Positions 1 through 13,000 of a DNA stretch of 64,000 bases are shown here, piece by piece. Location of the stretch: assembly GCF_023055435.1 (NCBI RefSeq), contig NW_025963791.1, positions 37,386,001 to 37,450,000 on the forward strand, written 5' to 3'. This DNA is from Haliotis rufescens. Lineage: Eukaryota. A program made the translations under genes and the position numbers. Below the pieces are notes generated by a model. It saw only the letters and a list, made by a program, of their open reading frames with translations, made no database searches and was not told the DNA's origin. The stretch's first letter is position 1. Each line of letters starts with the position of its first letter.

Positions 1-528
1 TGGTAACAGTGTACCCTATGGTTACACACTGTACCTGATGGTAACATTGTACCCTATGGTTACACACTGTACCTGATGGTAACATTGTACCCTATGGTTA
101 CACATTGTACCTGATGGTAACATTGTACCCTAAGTTACGGACTGTACCTGATGGTAACATTGTACCCTATGGTTACACACTGTACCTGATGGTAACATTG
201 TACCCTATGTTACACACCGTACCTGATGGTAACATTGTACCCTATGTCACACACTGTACCTGATGGTAACAGTGTACCCTATGTTACACACTGTACCTGA
301 TGGTAACATTGTACCCTAAGTTACACACCGTACCTGATGGTAACAATGTACCCTATGGTTACACACAGTACCTGATGGTAACATTGTACCCTATGTTACA
401 CACTGTACCTGATGGTAACAATGTACCCTATGGTTACACACAGTACCTGATGGTAACATTGTACCCTATGTTACACACTGTACCTGATGGTAACAATGTA
501 CCCTATGGTTACACACTGTACCTGATGT
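1..528. repeat. Minisatellite, 39-40-bp unit (tggtaacattgtaccctatggttacacactgtacctga)
   Basis: Direct tandem copies, runs off window start. Confidence 0.95.
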
Positions 529-870
529 TAACACCCAATCCCATTAGTCGCCTCTTATGATAAGCATAGTCGCCTTTTACAACAAGCATGGGTTGCTGAG
601 GATCTATTCTACCCCCGATCTTCATGGGTCAGTTTGTACCGGTAATATAGTGGGTTGTAATGAAATGGTGTAGTGGAGTGTACTGTAAAGTTTGATAATT
701 ACTTTCATTACAGAAACTATATATTTCTTTACAAGAAGTTGGTACAATGAATATTATTGTACGTCCCTCAGGATGTAATATCTTTTTTTCTGCGTCCATT
801 CTATAAATTGTACATACTGGACGCAGATTTCTAAATGGTGTAACGCCCTGTTCTAGACACTGGTGTTTAC

Positions 871-1010
871 CTGAGTATAAGTGGATTCTGTTTCTTTCTT
901 GAAGAACACAACAAATCCTGACTGAGCTGGGCCATCTTTTGCAGCCTTCCACTGCAGCCTGGTCGTTGAGGAGACAAATTCGAGATCGTATGGGCGATTG
1001 GGCGGCAGGC
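871..1010 (-). CDS. Exon 32: FN3-6, first half (GLPPNRPYDLEF..LQWKAAKDG..FVVFFK); gene continues beyond window
   Basis: ttctttgcag/gtaaac; phase 1-0; FN3 motif. Confidence 0.88.
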
Positions 1011-4000
1011 CTGCAAAGAAATCACATAACGTATCTTTCAGAAAAATGTCCTCTGTATCTCACTGATTACTGTAATAACTGAGACACTTGATTTGGGATG
1101 CTGGTAAAACTTGGGCATCCTGGGAACTAGGTGAACACATCAAACATTTCTTTTGACAGAAAACAATATGGACATTTAACACCCTCATAACACACTATCT
1201 CGAAAACCATCAACACTAATATTGAGAGATTGACACCTTGAAAACAAACTGCCTCCATTTGTTAATCATAAGGCAAGACCAGTAGTTTTCTGAGAAGTGT
1301 AATGCACCACTTTTACCAATATTCCAGGCATATCACATTGAGGGACACCAGACATTGTACCTATGTGGGGAATCAAACCTGTGCCTTTGGCATGACAAGT
1401 GACCACTTTAACCACTTGGCTACCCAAGCGGCCCCATAAAACAAGAAAGAGAATGGGCCTGGTATATGGGTTCATCTGATGACATACCTCCCACATATAT
1501 GTTTCTGATCTGCGATGTTTGGCTTGTACCAAAGTCATTGGATGCCACGACCCACACAGTGTAGTTGACGTAGGCCTTGATGTTGGTCACGGTGTAAGTG
1601 TAAAAGTTCTTGGACTGGAAGCAAACCCAAGCAGTTTTACACATCTGGAAACTTCTTTAACAAGTCACTCCATTCAGTGTTACAGGAAACTCCTCTTGGA
1701 ATACTTGGGCCATCAATTATCAATGATATAAATCACTAGATCAAAGAATCTCTGGAAATGTGAATCTTATTTGCCCATTCTGTTGCATTTTAAAGGATTT
1801 TTATTCCTTTTTTTAACACATTTATTGTGCCATTATTTATTTTTTTTCCACATATTCTTTCTACAAAAACTTTGAACCCATGGTTGACAACCTGTGATTT
1901 GAAAGGGTATGAAAAAATCATAAACAAATCACAGTACCAGTAGATGAAACACTTGCCATAAAATCAAATTGCTTCAAAACATTAATATACATCCATACTA
2001 AAAACTAATCACATTTAGAATCATACTCCAGTTGTACTGACTGGAAACACTGTTTTCCAACCCCACTTCTTCCTGACTCTTCTACTATCTATCCAGTAGA
2101 CTGGACCCTGTATGTGTTTTCCAACCTCACATTCCCCAGACTCTTCTACTATCTATCCAGTAGACTGGACCCTGTATGTGTTTTCCAGCCCCACTTCTTC
2201 CTGACTCTTCTACTATCTATCCAGTAGACTGGACCCTGTATGTGTTTTCCAACCCCACTTCTTCCTGACTCTTCTACTATCTATCCAGTAGACTGGACCC
2301 TGTATGTGTTTTCCAACCCCACTTCTTCCTGACTCTTCTACTATCTATCCAGTAGACTGGACCCTGTATGTGTTTTCCAACCTCACGTCCCCCGACTCTT
2401 CTACTATCTATTCAGTAGACTGGACCCTGTTCGTATTTTCCAACCTCACGTCCCCCTGAACGCTGGACCCTTAATATACATTGGAATCTCCATACATTTA
2501 AATCAGATGAACATGTGTATAATTTATGCTGACTACTGACCACAATGTGTGGCTCCCTCTTGACGCTCCCTTCCTGTACATGCACCAGGTACTGCTTCAC
2601 TTTCTGGCCATTCTTCGTTGGTCTGTCCCAACTGACTTCAATGTTGTTGTCCTTGATCTTAGCATGCATCACCGGGGCATCTGGGAGGTTATCTGGGGAC
2701 AATGGAAGCTTGAGAACTACCTGTTGTATATTCACCGAGCAACTAAGTAGTCGTTCATCATTTCTAATTGAATGGTTTCTAATTTTGCACCTATCAGCTA
2801 TCATAAGCTATCAAAATGTGTTATGAGTGAGTGAGTGAGTGTCTAAACATTCTCCCAGTCACTTTGTCCCAGTCACTGCTTAGAGTTGTCTAAACATTGC
2901 CCCAGTCACTGCTTAGAGTTGTCTAAACATTGCCCCAGTCACTGCTTAGAGTTGTCTAAACATTGTCCCAGTCTCTACCTAGAGTTGTCTAAACATTGTC
3001 CCAGTCACTGCTTAGAGTTGTCTAAACATTGTCCCAGTCACTGCTTAGAGTTGTCTAAACATTCTCCCAGTCACTGCTTAGAGTTGTCTAAACATTGTCC
3101 CAGAAACTGCTTAGAGTTGTCTAAACATTGTCCCAGTCACTGCTTAGAGTTGTCGTATCATTGTCCCAGTCACTGCTTAGAGTTGTCTAAACATTGTCCC
3201 AGTCACTGCTTAGAGTTGTCTAAACATTGTCCCAGTCACTGCTTAGAGTTGTCTAAACATTGTCCCAGTCACTGCTTAGAGTTGTCTAAACATTGTCCCA
3301 GAAACTGCTTAGAGTTGTCTAAACATTGTCCCAGTCACTGCTTAGAGTTGTCGTATCATTGTCCCAGTCACTGCTTAGAGTTGTCTAAACATTCTCCCAG
3401 TCACTTTGTCCCAGTCACTGCTTAGAGTTGTCTAAACATTGCCCCAGTCACTGCTTAGAGTTGTCTAAACATTGCCCCAGTCACTGCTTAGAGTTGTCTA
3501 AACATTGTCCCAGTCTCTACCTAGAGTTGTCTAAACATTGTCCCAGTCACTGCTTAGAGTTGTCTAAACATTGTCCCAGTCACTGCTTAGAGTTGTCTAA
3601 ACATTGTCCCAGTCACTGCTTAGAGTTGTCTAAACATTGTCCCAGTCACTGCTTAGAGTTGTCTAAACATTGTCCCAGTCACTGCTTAGAGTTGTCTAAA
3701 CATTGTCCCAGAAACTGCTTAGAGTTGTCTAAACATTGTCCCAGTCACTGCTTAGAGTTGTCGTATCATTGTCCCAGTCACTGCTTAGAGTTGTCTAAAC
3801 ATTGTCCCAGTCACTGCTTAGAGTTGTCTAAACATTGTCCCAGTCACTGCTTAGAGTTGTCTAAACATTGTCCCAGTTTACTGCTTAGAGTTGTCTAAAC
3901 ATTGTCCCAGTCACTGCTTAGAGTTGTCTAAACATTGTCCCAGTCACTGCTTAGAGTTGTCTAAACATTGTCCCAGTCACTGCTTAGAGTTGTCTAAACA

Positions 4001-7000
4001 TTGTCCCAGTCACTGCTTAGAGTTGTCGTATCATTGTCCCAGTCACTGCTTAGAGTTGTCTAAACATTGTCCCAGTCACTGCTTAAAGTTGTCGTATCAT
4101 TGACCCAGTCACTGCTTAGAGTTGTCTAAACATTGTCCCAGTCACTGCTTAGAGTTGTCTAAACATTGTCCCAGTCACTGCTTAGAGTTGTCTAAACATT
4201 GTCCCAGTCACTGCTTAGAGTTGTCTAAACACTGTCCCAGTCACTGTCACTGCTTAGAGTTGTCTAAACACTGTCCCAGTCACTACTTAGAGTTGTCTAA
4301 ACATTGTCCCAGTCACTGCTTTAGAGTTGTCTAAACATTGTCCCAGTCACTGCTTTAGAGTTGTCTAAACATTGTCCCAGTCACTGCTTAGAGTTGTCTA
4401 AACATTGTCCCAGTCACTGCTTAGAGTTGTCTAAACATTGTCCCAGTCACTGCTTAGAGTTGTCTAAACATTGTCCCAGTCACTGCTTAGAGTTGTCTAA
4501 ACATTGTCCCAGTCACTGCTTAGAGTTGTCTAAACATTGTCCCAGTCACTACTTAGAGTTGTCTAAACATTGTCCCAGTCACTGCTTAGAGTTGTCTAAA
4601 CATTGTCCCAGTTTACTGCTTAGAGTTGTCGTATCATTGTCCCAGAAACTGCTTAGAGTTGTCTAAACATTATCCCAGTCACTGCTTAGAGTTGTCTAAA
4701 CATTGTCCCAGTCACTGCTTAGAGTTGTCTAAACATTGTCCCAGTCACTGCTTAAAGTTGTCGTATCATTGACCCAGTCACTGCTTAGAGTTGTCTAAAC
4801 ATTGTCCCAGTCACTGCTTAGAGTTGTCTAAACATTGTCCCAGTCACTGCTTAAAGTTGTCGTATCATTGTCCCAGTCACTGCTTAGAGTTGTCTAAACA
4901 TTGTCCCCAGTCACTGCTTAAAGTTGTCGTATCATTGACCCAGTCACTGCTTAGAGTTGTCTAAACATTGTCCCAGTCACTGCTTAGAGTTGTCTAAACA
5001 TTGTCCCCAGTCACTGCTTAGAGTTGTCTAAACATTGTCCCAGTCACTGCTTAGAGTTGTCTAAACATTGTCCCAGTCACTGCTTAGAGTTGTCTAAACA
5101 TTGACCCAGTCACTGCTTAGAGTTGTCTAAACATTGTCCCAGTCACTGCTTAGAGTTGTCTAAACATTGTCCCAGTCACTGCTTAGAGTTGTCTAAACAC
5201 TGTCCCAGTCACTGTCACTGCTTAGAGTTGTCTAAACACTGTCCCAGTCACTGCTTAGAGTTGTCTAAACACTGTCCCAGTCACTGTCACTGCTTAGAGT
5301 TGTCTAAACACTGTCCCAGTCACTACTTAGAGTTGTCTAAACATTGTCCCAGTCACTGCTTAGAGTTGTCTAAACACTGTCCCAGTCACTACTTAGAGTT
5401 GTCTAAACATTGTCCCAGTCACTGCTTAGAATTGTCTAAACACTGTCCCAGTCACTGTCACTGCTTAGAGTTGTCTAAACACTGTCCCAGTCACTGCTTA
5501 GAGTTGTCTAAACACTGTCCCAGTCACTGTCACTGCTTAGAGTTGTCTAAACACTGTCCCAGTCACTACTTAGAGTTGTCTAAACATTGTCCCAGTCACT
5601 GCTTAGAGTTGTCTAAACATTGTCCCAGTCACTGCTTACACATCCATAATCAAAAGCCCTCTTTACATGATTTAATGGGGGGCATATTCATCCCTGGATT
5701 TCCATGGGGTTTTCCCCAAAACCCAAGCACATGTTCTTAAAATCTTGTCGAGTATGAAGCGAGAAGTGCAGAATGTGTACGCTGGGGTTTCCCGGATCTC
5801 ACAGAGCACACTACTGGAGGAAAGCCATGATCAACTCTAATGAGGGTGAGAAGTGCAGAATGTGTATGCTGGGGTTTCCCAGATCTCACAGAGCACACTA
5901 CTGGAGGAAAGCCATGATCAACTCTAATGAGGGTGAGAAGTGCAGAATGTGTATGCTGGGGTTTCCCGGATGTCATAGAGCACACTACTGGAGGAAAGCC
6001 ATGATCAACTCTAATGAGGGTGAGAAGTGCAGAATGTGTACGCTGGGGTTTCCCGGATGTCATAGAGCACACTACTGGAGGAAAGCCAGGTTAAACTCAC
6101 TTTTGTTTTCTTCCATACAGCCAATGATCTTGTCCGAGTGGTCAATACACTGTAGCATTTTTGGATCACTCAAAGGGTTCCCAGTCCCTGGAGTATTGCC
6201 GGAACAGAATGGTAGACAGTAGGGTGCCACGCCCTCATTCTCACAGCACTGACTATGATCACTTCCATCTGAAACACAACACAGGAGATAGGAATTGTCT
6301 AGACACAACACAGGAGATAGGAATTGTCTAGACACAACACAGGAGATGGGAATTGTCTAGACACAACACAGGAGATGGGAATTGTCTAGACACAATACAG
6401 GGGATAGGAATTGTCTAGACACAACACAGGAGATGGGAATTGTCTAGACACAATACAGGAGATAGGAATTGTCTAGACACAATACAGGAGATGGGAATTG
6501 TCTAGACACAATACAGGAGATAGGAATTGTCTAGACACAACACAGGGGATAGGAATTGTCTAGACACAACACAGGAGATAGGAATTGTCTAGACACAACA
6601 CAGGAGATAGGAATTGTCTAGACACAACACAGGAGATAGGAATTGTCTAGACTTTTACAAGACAGTGATTGCAATGGGTTGAACACCGCAAAGAACAGAA
6701 TTTGGCTTAAATCATGGTGCACCGTCTAAATGTCGGACGAACACTCTTTTACACTTCGGGGAAACATACGAGCATGGGTAGGGTGCTGACTAACTTATAA
6801 TCATGGTCGGAGCAATTCTGGATTTCAAAATCTGCACAGTAAACTGCAGTGACTTAAACAACAATGCCACTTGTGCCCTGCCTTAAACAGCCAGCCTGGT
6901 GCTGTGAGTGCTGCCCATGAACCTCAGCAGATTCAGCACAATTCAGCACAATTCAGCACAACATGGCTGCTCAATCGGCCACACTGTCATTAGAACAGGT

Positions 7001-10000
7001 CTTCAGCAACGCATGCTTGTCGTAAGAGGCGACTAACGTGATCGGGTGGTCAGGCTTGCTAAAATTGATGGATGAATGTCACTGTATCCAAATTGCATGG
7101 ATCTATGATCATGATGTCAATCACGGGAATGTCTGAATGTCTGATTGTCTAGACTCAATTATTTACAGACTGCCATCATATAGGTGGAATATTGTTGAGT
7201 GCGGCGTTAAACAAACAAAATATGGATGCATTACACAGTTCTAATAAGCGAGTTGGGTTTAATTAAGAATTAACTTTCACTTTGTGTGAGTTCATAAGAG
7301 CATGATGGTTCATAGAGGGTTCATAATTGACTTTCACTTTGTGTGAGTTCATAAGAGCATGATGGTTCATAGAAGGTTCATAATTGACTTTCACTTTGTG
7401 TGAGTTCATAAGAGCATGATGGTTCATAGAGGGTTCATAATTGACTTTCACTTTGTGTGAGTTCATAAGAGCATGATGGTTCATAGAAGGTTCATAATTG
7501 ACTTTCACTTTGTGCGAGTTCATAAGAGCATGATGGTTCATAAAAAGGTTCATAATTGACTTTCACTTTGTGCGAGTTCATCAGAGCATGATGGTTCATA
7601 AAAGGTTCATAATTGACTTTCACTTTGTGTGAGTTCATAAGAGCATGATGGTTCATAAAAGGTTCATAATTGACTTTCACTTTGTGCGAGTTCATAAGAG
7701 CATGATGGTTCATAAAAGGTTCATAATTGACTTTCACTTTGTGCGAGTTCATTAGAGCATGATTGTACATAGAAGGTTCATACTCCAATGAACTCACACA
7801 AAGTGAAATTCAAATCTTATAATTTTTTATATCACTATTTGTACCTCAAAGGATGTAGACCTTGTTCTATACACAATTATATTTAGTATGTGTGACTTCA
7901 TGTTTAAACATGACAGCCATACAACGACCAGCTGTATCGAGGAATAAAATAGTTCCTCAAAACGAGAGAGACATGAGTGACCGATTATGTATCCTCAACA
8001 TGCTCTTCAGAAACATCTTTTGTAGGTTCTTACAAATGTTTTCAAATAATACTAATAATAGATGAGAAAGGTGTGTTCAGAACTACCTCAGTAAGTCAGT
8101 CACAATGACAGCATGTCGTAATAAATTTACATCAAGTACAAGACGTCAAAATGGCCTACACGATAAACCTGACAGGAGGGATTTCCGTAGACTTTAATGA
8201 ACCTGTGGCTATTACAAGTATTAGTCATCACTGATCATTTGGTTGATCATTGTAAGGTGATTGTAAAGATGTGCAAAATAGATACTAAGGTAAATTCATA
8301 GATTGCTGTAGACTGTTACTGTAGTCCAGACATGGATCAGGTCAATACTACTATAGTTTGGATGTGTTGTAGCAAGGATAGTTTGGATGGGTTGTAGGGA
8401 GGATAGTTTGGATGGGTTGTAGGGAGGATAGTTTGGATGTGTTGTATCGAGGATAGTTTGGATGGGTTGTAGGGAGGATATCCTTGAACGGACATGCAAT
8501 CAAATTATCCCAATGTATGCTAAAATGCAGTTCAAGATTAAAGGGTCTAAATGATGAGAAACAACGCTTCTGTATTTATTCGTGCTATGGAATTCCCAGG
8601 GGTTTCCACAGGAATGTCAGTATTTACGTCATTTCAAGAATGCAGTCTTGTGAAAAAATGTATGAACATCAAATGTGTCGTTCATACACTTATGAAAATC
8701 AGTTTTGCGGTCATGTGACCAATCTCTTGTCCAATGGAATAGCTGTATATTGTGTAAACTTATCACGGTGTGTCAGCTGGATGACAAAGCCTCATGGAAA
8801 ACCCATTTGCACAGGTATGGTGCTGACAAATTTTGAAACAGTCGGGGTGAACCAGGATTAGAATCCAGCCATTATCATGTTCCTGGCACACCTAAGGGAC
8901 ACAACTCTGCACATCAAATCGTGGTGCCTGAGATGACAGGACCACCCATTCCCACTAGTTCTAAGATTATTGTTGAAGGGAACCAACGATAAACCTGTGG
9001 TCAATAGTGTGGGGACTGTCAGTGTACAGGGGCCAACTACAGCTAAACAACCTGGAGAAAAACCACAACTTTACAATTGACACCACTGATCTGCATAATC
9101 CATGCAGTTGATAACAGGGGGGCGAAAGATGGCAAACTGACCAATGAGCCATGAATGTTGTTGCCTGTAGACAAATGAACCTCTGCTTACAAAAACACAG
9201 TGCTCAAATCAATTCTTAGTTTGTTTCGGTGTTTGTTGGTTTGTTTGTTTCTTTCTTTCTTGTTTAACGCCGCACTCAGCAAAATTCAATCTATATAATG
9301 GTGGTGTGAAAATGATCAAATCTGGACAAGACAATCCAGTGATTGACATCATGAGCATTGACCCACGCAATTGGGATACGATGACATGCATCAACCAAGT
9401 CAGCGAGCCTGACCACCCGATCCTGTTAGTCGCCTCTTACGGCAAGTTGGTTGCTGAAGACCTATTCTATCGGATCTTCACGGGTTTGTTTAGTAGTAGT
9501 TCCAAGTGTAATGGTCACCCATCCATACATATAATACCATCTATCTCTCTTATTGTACAAGCCCTACAGCTCCGTGAAGATCCGGGTTAGAATTGGTCTT
9601 CAGCAACCCATCCTTGTAAGAGGCTTGCTGACTTGGCTGATGCATGTCATCGCAATTGCGTAGATGGATGCTCATGATGTCAGTCACTGGAATCTCTTGT
9701 CCAGAATTGATTGTTTTCAGACAGCCGTCACATAGCTGGAATATGTTAAACAACAAACAAACAAACAATGACACTCTATTCAACAAGCAGGAAACACTAA
9801 GGCTTATCACGCTCCAGGATCCATGAGGAGCCTCTTCCAGCACTAGGAAGGGACATTTGTTGACGTACCTGCTGCACACTGTACAAAAGTGGGAAGAAAG
9901 TTCAGACACTTGAACAGGTTTGGTCTGTTGATGATGGCGGCAATGTCCACGTCAAAGGAACATGCTACCATGCAGTCAGGGTCAATCTTCTTCTGTATAC

Positions 10001-13000
10001 AGCAAGCTGACGGAATAAAACATTGCAACAATGGTGACCATCCCCATGAATATTACAAACAAAGTTAGTTCCCTACAACCAATACTGGCTTGTCATTTAA
10101 GTTTAACCATAATAAACCCTTAATTATTTCTTCAAATTTAAATTTAGTATCAATTAAAGTGATAAAAAAACATACAATTTTGTGGATAACAACTTCAGGG
10201 CCCCGTTCCTCAAAGCGATCTTAGCACTAAGGTGATCGTAAGTCCCATACTTTAACATAGGCTTACGATCATCGCCGCGCTAAGATTGCTTTGAGGAACG
10301 AGGCCCTGGTTTATTGCATTAGTGATGTTCTGATGTACATTATACGAAGTTCTCAAGCTGGAATGCCCATGAAAGTGTGACTCTTAATATCTAAAAAAAT
10401 GCTCTCAGTGCAACAATCCAACAGATTATTTACCTGTTTATCAGAAACTTGGGTAAAATATAGAGACTCTGACAACATCAGTTGTTTAAATTATATCATG
10501 TGGGATTAAGACATTCTCTTGCTTGATGTACATATCACACATAATAACATAAAAGTAAAGGGTTCAATTTTTGTCACTTTCTAAGAAACCTCCAGAGAAG
10601 TCACATTGGTCTATGGAGGTCACATTCAAGTGATTAGACCAATACTTAGTCAGTTAAAACATGTCATTAAAATATTTAAGTTTTTCTTCTTTGAAAGAAC
10701 CTTTTCTCTTCTAAGCGAACTAGACTTGGTTAGTTTGATCTAGACTTGCCTACGCTTTTAGTAAAAAAAAATTCCTAAAAAATATAAATTCCACAGTCCT
10801 GGTGCAGGACTATCAAGTGATACATAGCCCCAGACATTGACGCCTGAAAGTGGCAACCAGTTAGATAGGGGCGTTACAGACTGGCTGTGTACTACTGACC
10901 TGTGACATTGGTCACTCTGTTGGCCGGTTGCAGACGGGTCGGAGCAAATGGATCTGAAAACAAATTAGCCATTATTCATTGTTGTCTGGTAACAAGGCTG
11001 GTTGTAATCTTTGCTATGTCACAGCTAACTCTTATTATTTTTGTGACACTGAATTTAGTAAGCAGGAGTGATTTTGTTCACAAATGCCATTAACCAATTA
11101 CTGAAGAACGGTAGCTTCCAATACACCATTGTAAACCTCTCCCAAACTTGAAAAAACAAAGTTTTATGCATCAAAACAGGCTTTTATTGTATATTCTGTT
11201 ACTCGTTGGGTGCACATGAAATACCTTAATTATCTCCCTTATTAACACTTCCTGTTACACGAACATAACTTTAATATGTCTGTTATGCTTTTTTGTGTCA
11301 GTTATCGTCTATGATGGTGACAACCCAAATTGATCCTACATTCATCTTACCACGACTCAACAAGTGCTCCAATACTTTGGTTTTTGTAACAGAGTTGATG
11401 CTTGCTTACCTATCAGTTTCACAGCTCCAGTGGCAGACCCATACTTATTACTTGCGGAGCAGATGTAATCACCATAGTCTCCGCCAACAACGTCCTTGAT
11501 CCGTAGCTGTGCCACTGTTATTCCTGTGTGACCTCTGACTTCATTATACGCCTTCACCTTGGGTAAAGAAGCTCTAAAGATCTTGTTGTTTTTCTTCCAT
11601 TTTATGCTGTTAACATCAGGGAAGCCAGAAAACCAACAAGATATCACTGCTGTTAGATTCTCTTTTGGAGCCACAGTGTCATCTCGGTTTTCAACAACCT
11701 TGGGCTTAACTGAAAAAAAACCCAACATACTGTAATCATTAAATCGGGTAAACTCTTTCAACTGCTTTCAGTTATCTACTGTATCAAGGAAATTCATTGT
11801 TTGCTGTTTCCAACTTACTTCTGGCAGACAAGTGAATACAAGTGAAAATTCTGAACTGTTTTCAACTTACATCTGACGGACAAGTGAATACAAGTGAAAA
11901 CTCTGAACTGTTTTCAACTTACATCTGACGGACAAGTGAATACAAGTGAAAACTCTGAACTGTTTTCAACTTACATCTGACGGACAAGTGAATACAAGTG
12001 AAAATTCTGAACTGTTTTCAACTTACATCTGACGGACAAGTGAATACAAGTGAAAATTCTGAACTGTTTTCAACTTACATCTGACGGACAAGTGAATACA
12101 AGTGAAAACTCTGAACTGTTTTCAACTTACATCTGATGGACAAGTGAATACAAGTGAAAATTCTGAACTGTTTTCAACTTACATCTGACGGACAAGTGAA
12201 CTGTGAGTGATTTTGATTCAGCCCTGTTGGATGCGGTGCATGTATACGAGCCACTGTCAGCTTCCTTGATGGATCTTAGAGCCAGCCTCCTTGCAGTACC
12301 AACCACCTTCCTGTCCTTCGTCCAGGTGATGTTTGCGGTGGGGTCAGCGATGACATCACAGAACATCTTCACGGGATCACCCACATCCACAACTCCATCA
12401 GGACTCACACTGATGCTTATGTCTTGTATTCCTGAAATGTTGAGCGAGCAGGGAAAACCTTTCACTACAGTGTATATTTGGTTTACAGATTTGAAAGTCA
12501 TAATCAGAAAATAAAATAGAAAGAATTTGAATTTGATCTTCTTTCGCAAACAGCTCTATCTTTGATATTTTAGAATCATAACATAACAAATCAGGACTGT
12601 GAACCTTTCAGACACAAACACATCAACTGCATTCCAACACTCTATTGACAACAAAATCTTCACTGACAGCTATAGATACATGTACATTTTACTGTTAAAA
12701 TATTGTGCATCCTGCATTTGAAACATAATTTTTTGTTATATTTGGTGACCAGCTACCAGTCCAAACAAACTTATGTTTGATCTTGGGGTATGATGACAAA
12801 CAGTCATCCTGAAGTCTGACCAAGTCTGACCAAGCCTGACCAAGTCTGACCAAGCCTGACCAAGTCTGACCAAGCCTGACCAAGCCTGACCAAGTCTGAC
12901 CAAGCCTGACCACCTGATCCATTGATGACAATCATAGGTTAGGCTAAAAAAAATAATAGTCTTGGTTCTTAGGCACCGCCCGCATCATCATAAAGTTTGT

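Noticed and set aside
2886-5740. Cys/His-rich ORFs (SKHCPSHCLEL)n resembling a metal-binding protein
   Set aside because: Translation of a 33-bp intronic minisatellite; frameshifted repeatedly, non-ATG starts, antisense to the host gene.
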